Shown here: piece after piece, positions 25,547 through 31,124 of the stretch
Layout: each line of letters opens with the position of its first letter
Numbering within the stretch: position 1 is the first letter of the stretch
Assembly (NCBI GenBank): GCA_034717795.1
Contig: JAYELY010000358.1
Span: 1 to 31,124, forward strand
DNA length: 31,124 nucleotides
Direction of reading: 5' to 3'
Origin: a candidate division WOR-3 bacterium
GTDB taxonomy: Bacteria > Hydrothermota > Tepidihabitantia > B3-TA06
Made by a program: the position numbers and the translations under genes
The notes under the pieces: generated by a model
Seen by the model: only the letters and a program-made list of their open reading frames with translations
The model's database searches: none
What the model was told of the DNA's origin: nothing

Positions 25547-26892
25547 GCAAACGCGAATCGATCTTTATCTGCCAGAACTGCGGACATGAAAGCCCTCGCT
25601 GGCTCGGGCACTGCCCTTCCTGCGGCGAGTGGAACACCTTTGCCGAGGAACGCGCGGTAACAAAGCGAAGCGCTGGCAAGCCAGCCAAGTCCGCAGCTCA
25701 ACCTGTACTGCTGGATGATGTTGAGCTTGAGGCAAGGCCGCGCATCCCTACCTCGCATCCTGAGCTTGACAGGGTCCTGGGTGGAGGCTTTGTTCCAGGG
25801 TCGGTTGTACTCCTGGGTGGAGATCCAGGGATAGGAAAATCGACACTCTCCATGCAGCTTGCATCGAGCTTAGCCTTACATGGATCTATTCTCTACGTAT
25901 CGGGCGAGGAGTCGCTTACCCAGCTCAAACTGCGTGCCCGGCGTCTGGGGATCGGCACAAACAACCTGTATCTTTTGGCAGAGACTGAAGCCGAGGCGAT
26001 TGAGGAAAGAACTCAAGAGCTTAAACCCGGCTTCCTTGTAGTTGATTCCATTCAGGCCATGACTACGGCTGCTCTTGCTGGGGCCGCAGGAAGCGTTGGT
26101 CAGGTGCGTGAGAGTGCGGCACGCTTCCAGAGGTTGGCTAAATCAGAAGGCGTCACCACCCTTATCATAGGCCACGTCACCAAGTTCGGCACCCTGGCAG
26201 GACCCAGAACCCTGGAACACATCGTAGACACGGTACTCTACTTCGAGGGGGATAGGTTTCAGCAGTATCGCATCCTGAGGGCCGTGAAGAACCGTTTCGG
26301 CTCAACCAACGAGATAGGACTGTTTGAGATGACTGCCAAGGGCCTGGCGGATATCGAAAATCCATCGTTTATCTTCCTTTCCGACCAGGAAGAGCGCGCC
26401 CCGGGTTCTGCTGTGACCGTTGTCATGGAAGGGACAAGGCCTCTTTTGGTCGAGGTCCAGGGGCTTACAGCTCCCACACCCTTCCCGTCGCCACAAAGGG
26501 TCACGACCGGCTTCCCGCGCCAGCGATTTGCCATGCTTCTCGCAGTCCTTGCCAGAAGAGGAGGCATCTCCGCTCTTTCTCTTGACACCTACCTGAATGT
26601 TGTAGGCGGTATCTTTATAGAAGAACCCTCCTGCGACCTCGCGGTCCTGTTAGCTGTAGCCTCTTCACTAAAGGATCGCAAACTACCGAACGATCTCGTC
26701 TGCTTCGGTGAGGTGGGTCTTGGTGGAGAGGTGCGAGCAGCGGCCCAGGCAGGGCTGCGTCTCAAGGAGGCGGCGCGCCTGGGATTTACCACCGCTCTGA
26801 TTCCGAAACGCAACTCAGGCGACTTTAAGGGTATCAAGACTATCGGGGTAAGATCGATTCGCGAAGCCCTAGAATACCTTGGAAATTCGTGA
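25543..26892 (+). CDS. radA: DNA repair protein RadA/Sms
   Basis: CQNCG...WLGHCPSCGEWN, GDPGIGKST, KNRFG, GEVGLGGEVR. Confidence 0.98.
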   Translation: MSKRESIFICQNCGHESPRWLGHCPSCGEWNTFAEERAVTKRSAGKPAKSAAQPVLLDDVELEARPRIPTSHPELDRVLGGGFVPGSVVLLGGDPGIGKSTLSMQLASSLALHGSILYVSGEESLTQLKLRARRLGIGTNNLYLLAETEAEAIEERTQELKPGFLVVDSIQAMTTAALAGAAGSVGQVRESAARFQRLAKSEGVTTLIIGHVTKFGTLAGPRTLEHIVDTVLYFEGDRFQQYRILRAVKNRFGSTNEIGLFEMTAKGLADIENPSFIFLSDQEERAPGSAVTVVMEGTRPLLVEVQGLTAPTPFPSPQRVTTGFPRQRFAMLLAVLARRGGISALSLDTYLNVVGGIFIEEPSCDLAVLLAVASSLKDRKLPNDLVCFGEVGLGGEVRAAAQAGLRLKEAARLGFTTALIPKRNSGDFKGIKTIGVRSIREALEYLGNS

Positions 26893-26902
26893 AGGAGGAT
26901 TG

Positions 26903-27445
26903 ATGTTTGCAAGGAAAGAAAAATACGTGATTGAACGAGACGCACTGGTGGATGGACGTGTGCTTTCTCTGTTCGAGATGCAGCTTTTAAGGGGAAAGGT
27001 TTATCTTTCCCCCGAAGATGATGAGACCGCCTCGAGTATCGAGCGGCTGCGGAAATGCCCTGATGTAAAGATCGAGTTTCTACCCGGTCTTGATTCGAGT
27101 GAGAAGACGCTTTTCCTCGTCCGCTCCAAGAAGGCGGTGCTCCTCAAACTTTCCAAGGAACTCAACGCGGAGAAGCTTCGCAGGGAAGGGATGCGGGTGG
27201 TTGACATAGACGCACTATTCGAGCGTTTCGTGCCCCACTTCAAACCAGGAGACGAAACTGTGGTGCGTATAGTCAAGCGAGGTAAGGAAGCGGACGAGGG
27301 GGTTGGTTACTTCTCCAACGGGATAAAGGTTGTTGTTGAGGAGGGCGCAGAGCACATCAACCGCTACCTGGAGGTTGTTATCAAGGGGGTAGTGAATACG
27401 CCTGCCGGACGAATGGTGTTCGCCCGGCCCAAATACCGAACTTAA
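26903..27445 (+). CDS. Truncated, degenerate PIN/TRAM (YacL-like) protein lacking the N-terminal membrane domain
   Basis: C-terminal PGDE..V.IVKRGKEADEGVGY...G.KVVVE.G....FA TRAM motif; located after radA; PIN motif altered (ERDALVDGRV). Confidence 0.75.
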   Translation: MFARKEKYVIERDALVDGRVLSLFEMQLLRGKVYLSPEDDETASSIERLRKCPDVKIEFLPGLDSSEKTLFLVRSKKAVLLKLSKELNAEKLRREGMRVVDIDALFERFVPHFKPGDETVVRIVKRGKEADEGVGYFSNGIKVVVEEGAEHINRYLEVVIKGVVNTPAGRMVFARPKYRT

Positions 27446-27456
27446 GTCTTAAAAAC

Positions 27457-27481
27457 TGGCCGGGGTCACAGACCCCGGCCA
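27457..27481. terminator. Probable bidirectional intrinsic terminator
   Basis: tggccggggtc-aca-gaccccggcca (11-bp stem); tctcttttt follows on plus, gttttt follows on minus; lies between convergent genes. Confidence 0.8.
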
Positions 27482-27522
27482 ATCTCTTTTTCCCCGCGCC
27501 CCAAAGACATGGATGGGGAAGC

Positions 27523-27765
27523 CTACTTTATCTGGCTTGCCAGTTTTGACTTAAGTCTTGAGGCTTTATTGCGGTGAATTACGCCTTCGCGCACGGTCTT
27601 GTCGATCACGGCCTGCACCGCAGGATAAAGCTTTGTCTTATCCTTCTTGGTCGCTGCAGTGAACTTAGCGATCTCAGTCTTCAGACGAGACTTACGTGCA
27701 CGGTTGACCGCTCGTCTTTTGGCGTTCTGCCGCACGTTTTTCAATACGCTTTTCGTAACAGGCAT
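27523..27765 (-). CDS. rpsT: 30S ribosomal protein S20
   Basis: KS..K..RQN.KRR..NR..KSRLKT..., IDK....GVIHRNKASRLKSKL. Confidence 0.95.
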   Translation of the reverse strand: MPVTKSVLKNVRQNAKRRAVNRARKSRLKTEIAKFTAATKKDKTKLYPAVQAVIDKTVREGVIHRNKASRLKSKLASQIK

Positions 27766-27790
27766 TCTTCTCCTTTAAAGTTAGGCTATA

Positions 27791-27819
27791 ATTCTACTGA
27801 AGAAAGAGGGGTTTGTCAA
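27791..27819 (-). promoter_or_regulatory. rpsT promoter TTGACA-17-TAGAAT
   Basis: ttgaca 27819-27814 (overlaps the metG stop), tagaat 27796-27791. Confidence 0.75.
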
Positions 27820-29366
27820 TCCTCTAAGGATGCCTCGATCCGGGGGAAGAGTGCATCACCCTTGGTAACCTTCGTACCGTCCTTCAGCCTTCCCCACTTT
27901 ACCAGCTCCTTGTAGGGGATGGTATTATCCAGAGCATCAAGCCCCAGCTTGGCTCTCAACTTCTTGCAGGTCTCGGGCATGAACGGGGTAAGGAACACCG
28001 AAAGCATCCTTAAACTCTCCAGCAAGGCGTAAAGCACCCCGGTCAGCTCCTCGGTCTTCGTCTCTTTATTGAGCGTCCACGGTGCGGACTCCTCCACGAA
28101 CGCATTTGAAGCTGTAACAAGCTCCCAGATCTTCAATATTGCCTTGCGGAACTTGAAACCCTCCATCAGCTTTGGCAGCTCCTCGGCAATCTCGGCTGCC
28201 ACATCCCGAAGCTTACCTTCATACCCTTTCACCTTCTTTACGATTCCGTCCTGATACTGTTCGGTCATACCAAGGATTCTCGACACCAGATTGCCGAAAT
28301 CGTTGGCCAGATCCGAGTTTATCCGCTCCACCAGGAGCTCCCCACTGAAAGAAGAGTCCAGCCCGAAGCTCATCTCCCTTAAAAGGAAGTAGCGGAACGC
28401 CTCGAACCCGTATTTACGCTTCATATCCAAGGGTCTCACCACGTTACCCAGCGACTTCGACATCTTCGCCTCGTCCACCTGCCAGTAGCCGTGTACCCGC
28501 AGTCCCTTGTAAGGCCCTGCGCCCATCGAGCGGAGCATGGTGGGCCAGTACACCGCGTGAGGAATCAGGATGTCCTTGGCAATCAGGTGATAGGATACCG
28601 GCCAGTAGCGCTTGAAATCCTCTCCGTCAGGATAACCGATCGCGGTAAGGTAATTGATCAATGCATCGAACCACACATAGGTCACATAGTTCTCATCGAA
28701 CGGCAGCGGGATGCCCCAGGACAGCCGTTCCTTTGGTCTTGATATGCACAGATCACCCAGCGGCTCTTGAAGAAACGAAAGAACCTTGTTGCGGTGGCGC
28801 TCCGGCTCGATGAAGGAAGGGTTCTCCTTGATGTGTTTGATAAGCCAGTCCTGATATTTACTCATCTTGAAGAAGTAATTCTTCTCCGAGCGGTACTCTA
28901 AAGGCGTCTGATGATCAGGGCAGCGGCCGTCCACCGTCTCCTTCTCCGTATAAAATCTCTCGCAGCCTACGCAGTAGTAGCCGCCGTATTCTCCGAAGTA
29001 GATGTCGCCCTTATCGTATACCTTCTGCAGGATGTCCTGCACCACCTTTACGTGATCGGCGTCAGTAGTCCGGATGAACCGGTTGTAGGTGAAGCCCAGC
29101 TCTTCAAAAGTAGAGCGGAACATCCCGGCGATGCGGTCAACGTATTCTTTTGTCTGGACGCCTTCAGCTTTGGCCGCCTGCATTATTTTGTCGCCGTGCT
29201 CGTCGGTGCCGGTCAAAAAGTAGACGTCACAGCCGTACAAACGCCAGAACCGGGCCAGGGTGTCGGCCAGAATGGTGGTATACGTATGGCCGATGTGCGG
29301 CTCGGCGTTAACGTAGTAGATAGGCGTGGTTATGTAATAAGGCTCTTTCTGCAAGGGTTTCTTCAT
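27816..29366 (-). CDS. metG: Methionine--tRNA ligase (short form, no C-terminal tRNA-binding domain)
   Basis: YITTPIYYVN..PHIGH, TGTDEHG, CVGCE...CPDH knuckle, YVWFDALINY, KMSKS. Confidence 0.97.
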   Translation of the reverse strand: MKKPLQKEPYYITTPIYYVNAEPHIGHTYTTILADTLARFWRLYGCDVYFLTGTDEHGDKIMQAAKAEGVQTKEYVDRIAGMFRSTFEELGFTYNRFIRTTDADHVKVVQDILQKVYDKGDIYFGEYGGYYCVGCERFYTEKETVDGRCPDHQTPLEYRSEKNYFFKMSKYQDWLIKHIKENPSFIEPERHRNKVLSFLQEPLGDLCISRPKERLSWGIPLPFDENYVTYVWFDALINYLTAIGYPDGEDFKRYWPVSYHLIAKDILIPHAVYWPTMLRSMGAGPYKGLRVHGYWQVDEAKMSKSLGNVVRPLDMKRKYGFEAFRYFLLREMSFGLDSSFSGELLVERINSDLANDFGNLVSRILGMTEQYQDGIVKKVKGYEGKLRDVAAEIAEELPKLMEGFKFRKAILKIWELVTASNAFVEESAPWTLNKETKTEELTGVLYALLESLRMLSVFLTPFMPETCKKLRAKLGLDALDNTIPYKELVKWGRLKDGTKVTKGDALFPRIEASLED

Positions 29367-29371
29367 CCTTA

Positions 29372-29682
29372 AGTTTACGCAGATTGGGGCTTAAGGCAAG
29401 CCTTGGGACCCATCTTTCCCTTCATATTTGAACCCAACACGTCACCAGATGCCTCCCAAAAAACTCCCCAAAAGCTGGCCAAAAATTACCCAAAAGTTGG
29501 ACAACCTTACAAAAATAAGCTGGTCGAAAGATGGACAAAAGGGGGACAAAAGCAGGACACGCCAAAGAGATTATGCTGGTCAAAAACTGGTCGGAAGTTA
29601 CCCGAAAGCTGGACACGAGGAATGTATGCCGGGTTGGACGTAAAGGTGACGGGGCAAGCACTTCTTTATTGTCATTGCGAGG
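29372..29682. repeat. 311-bp direct repeat, copy 1 (contains the metG promoter TTGCCT-16-TAAACT on the minus strand and the 11-bp array)
   Basis: Matches 30644-30954 except 5 substitutions and two 11-bp indels by manual alignment; offset 1272 bp at both ends. Confidence 0.95.
29453..29619. repeat. Hierarchical 11-bp unit array, copy 1 (13 units in blocks of 5+4+4, separated by 12-bp spacers)
   Basis: Units start at 29453, 29464, 29475, 29486, 29497 | 29520, 29531, 29542, 29553 | 29576, 29587, 29598, 29609; consensus about CTGG(A/T/C)CAAAAG. Confidence 0.85.
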
Positions 29683-29793
29683 ACGGCAGACCGATGGGAT
29701 GCAGGACGAAGCAATCTCATACCTCTGAGTGAGAGCAATGAGATCGCCACCCTTCCCCGTTTCCTTTGGAGGCGGACGGTCGGTCGCAATGAC
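29671..29793. repeat. GTCATTGCGA...TCGCAATGAC palindromic (REP/RPE-like) element
   Basis: Perfect 10-bp terminal inverted repeat (29671-29680 / 29784-29793) and an inner gcaatctcat / atgagatcgc pair (29711-29720 / 29738-29747). Confidence 0.8.
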
Positions 29794-29839
29794 GGAGTGG
29801 GAGAGGTAAACCACATTATGTTTCAGGATGGGGTTGATT

Positions 29840-29890
29840 TGGAGTGCAACAACCGTGTTGTTGCTGCAATGACGTAGTCATTGCACTCCA
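29840..29890. other. 51-nt near-perfect three-way-junction (Y-shaped) palindrome
   Basis: tggag + t + [gcaacaac-cgt-gttgttgc] + [tgcaatgac-gta-gtcattgca] + ctcca. Confidence 0.75.
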
Positions 29891-29998
29891 TAGGCAATAC
29901 ACCGCTCAAACACTACAACAATCCCAAAAGGAGTTGAATGACCAAAGTTTACAGCCATTGTGTTGGAGCAAGCCTGGATTATTCTTGGGATAGCGGTG

Positions 29999-30340
29999 TT
30001 AAATCCGTTTCAGCATCTGTGTAATCAGGGGCTTCGTTTGAGGCAAATTCCTGGTTACTATCTCCCAGATAATACTTACGTCAATTCCAAAGTATTCGTG
30101 GATTACAATATTACGTAAGCCGATCATCCTTTTCCAAGGAATGTCAGGATACCCTTCTCTCACCTCTGGTGGTATGCCCTTTGAAGCTTCGCCGATAACT
30201 TCCAGGTTTCTTAGGACTGCATCTATTGCCATGTCGTTATCCTTGAAGACCTCGAAGGTCAGACCATGGGTGTAGCGTTCAACCTTGTCGATAGCTTCGG
30301 CTATCTCCTCGACAAGGATCTTGCAAGACCTTCCTTTCAC
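29999..30340 (-). CDS. hepT: HepT-like HEPN ribonuclease toxin (DUF86)
   Basis: DAVLRNLEVIGEA, PDIPWKRMIGLRNIVIHEYFGID (RX4HXY); GTGA overlap with the antitoxin. Confidence 0.9.
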   Translation of the reverse strand: MKGRSCKILVEEIAEAIDKVERYTHGLTFEVFKDNDMAIDAVLRNLEVIGEASKGIPPEVREGYPDIPWKRMIGLRNIVIHEYFGIDVSIIWEIVTRNLPQTKPLITQMLKRI

Positions 30341-30627
30341 GCGTAGCTTACCTCTTTCAGGATATTTCCCCTTAGCGAAGCTCGCAAGGCTTTAACCGTG
30401 ACGAGGTCCACATTCTGGCCCAGAATCTCTTCGAGGAACTCCTTCAGGTCAACAAACTCCCAGCCGATAGGTTGATTGAGTTCTACCAGTATATCCACGT
30501 CACTTGCCTGGGATTCCTCACCCTTGGCGTATGAGCCAAAAACCCCAATCTGGTTTACCTTGAACTTTTCCCTGAGAAGGGGTTTATGCTTCCTTAACGT
30601 CGCCTTTATCTCTTCGAGGGTTTTCAT
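30337..30627 (-). CDS. mntA: MntA-like minimal nucleotidyltransferase antitoxin
   Basis: IGVFGSYAKGEESQASDVDILV (GSX10DXD), VDLVT. Confidence 0.9.
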   Translation of the reverse strand: MKTLEEIKATLRKHKPLLREKFKVNQIGVFGSYAKGEESQASDVDILVELNQPIGWEFVDLKEFLEEILGQNVDLVTVKALRASLRGNILKEVSYA

Positions 30628-30643
30628 AACTTCACCTATGCTG

Positions 30644-30954
30644 AGTTTACGCAGATTGGGGCTTAAGGCAAGCCTTGGGACGCATCTTTCCCTTCATATT
30701 TGAACCCAACACGTCACCAGATGCCTCCCCAAAAGCTGGCCAAAAATTACCCAAAAGTTGGACAACCTTACAAAAATAAGCTGGTCAGAAGCTGGTCGAA
30801 AGATGGACAAAAGGGGGACAAAAGTAGGACATGCCAAAGAAATTATGCTGGTCAAAAACTGGTCAGAAGTTACCCGAAAGCTGGACACGAGGAATGTATG
30901 CCGGGTTGGACGTAAAGGTGACGGGGCAAGCACTTCTTTATTGTCATTGCGAGG
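30644..30954. repeat. 311-bp direct repeat, copy 2 (its promoter points into mntA-hepT; array at 30725-30891 in blocks of 4+5+4)
   Basis: Near-identical to 29372-29682; units start at 30725, 30736, 30747, 30758 | 30781, 30792, 30803, 30814, 30825 | 30848, 30859, 30870, 30881. Confidence 0.95.
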
Positions 30955-31051
30955 GTGTCGGAGACACCCGAAGCTCCGGAGGACGACGCTTGCGGAGTTC
31001 CGGAGGGCGAACGAAGGGAGCAATTTCATACGCCTGAGAGAATGCGATGAC
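30943..31051. repeat. Second, divergent GTCATTGCGA-family palindromic element with internal hairpins and a degenerate right arm
   Basis: gtcattgcga start; gggtgtc-gga-gacaccc and ctccgga...tccggag hairpins; gcaatttcat; ends in aatgcgatgac. Confidence 0.6.
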
Positions 31052-31053
31052 AT

Positions 31054-31124
31054 CCCTCACCCCATCCCTCTCCCGAAGGGAGAGGGGGTAATTCTCCTCG
31101 CCCTCTGGGAGAGGAGTTAGAGGT
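31054..31124. repeat. Pair of CCCTCACCCC..CCCTCTCCC-GGGAGAGGG-type REP hairpins (cut by the window end)
   Basis: ccctctccc-gaa-gggagaggg (31066-31086) and ctcctcgccc-tct-gggagaggag (31094-31116). Confidence 0.7.

Noticed and set aside
21933-26892. Inteins in DnaB or RadA; oriC near dnaB
   Set aside because: Both proteins are of normal length with contiguous motifs; no intergenic DnaA-box cluster was seen.
29428-29643. 71-aa ORFs in both direct repeats (also 30700-30915) and the other ORFs overlapping them
   Set aside because: The central segments are read in different frames in the two copies because of the 11-bp indels; TTG starts have no SD; the repeat is nearly stop-free in several frames.
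29840-29890. Y-shaped element as a tRNA or known ribozyme
   Set aside because: Only 51 nt with two arms; no T-loop, D-loop or anticodon arm, and no hammerhead core motif.
29372-30954. Direct repeats as integron attC sites or IS ends
   Set aside because: No integrase or DDE transposase in the window; the unit is 311 bp, contains a promoter and is not a compact attC-type palindrome; no terminal inverted repeats or target-site duplication were seen around it.

Overview
A 31 kb bacterial chromosome segment, mostly housekeeping and metabolic genes. A secreted beta-propeller protein with a T9SS-type C-terminal domain suggests an FCB-affiliated candidate lineage such as WOR-3 (inference). Gene order: secreted propeller; VOC plus two zinc-ribbon paralogues; GNAT; alr-led operon (DUF1844, cNMP-binding, unknown, DUF488, B12 radical SAM); a REP-associated tyrosine transposase (RAYT) between two REP arrays; porGDAB; buk-ptb-fabH; class V aminotransferase; a long operon (metallophosphoesterase, archease, TIGR04076, DJ-1, dtd, yicC, gmk, rpoZ, coaBC, dnaB, mlaEFD, radA, truncated PIN-TRAM); rpsT; metG; and an MntA/HepT toxin-antitoxin pair. 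The most unusual structure is at the right end. Two 311-bp direct repeats (29372-29682, 30644-30954) flank the TA pair. Each carries a leftward promoter and a hierarchical array of 13 degenerate 11-bp units with phased A-tracts, and each ends at the start of a GTCATTGCGA palindromic element. Other signals: most recognisable sigma70-type promoters have a 16-bp spacer, three genes look leaderless, and one REP appears to serve as the por operon terminator. No tRNA, rRNA or CRISPR array was seen. All calls come from reading the sequence by eye; no searches were run.
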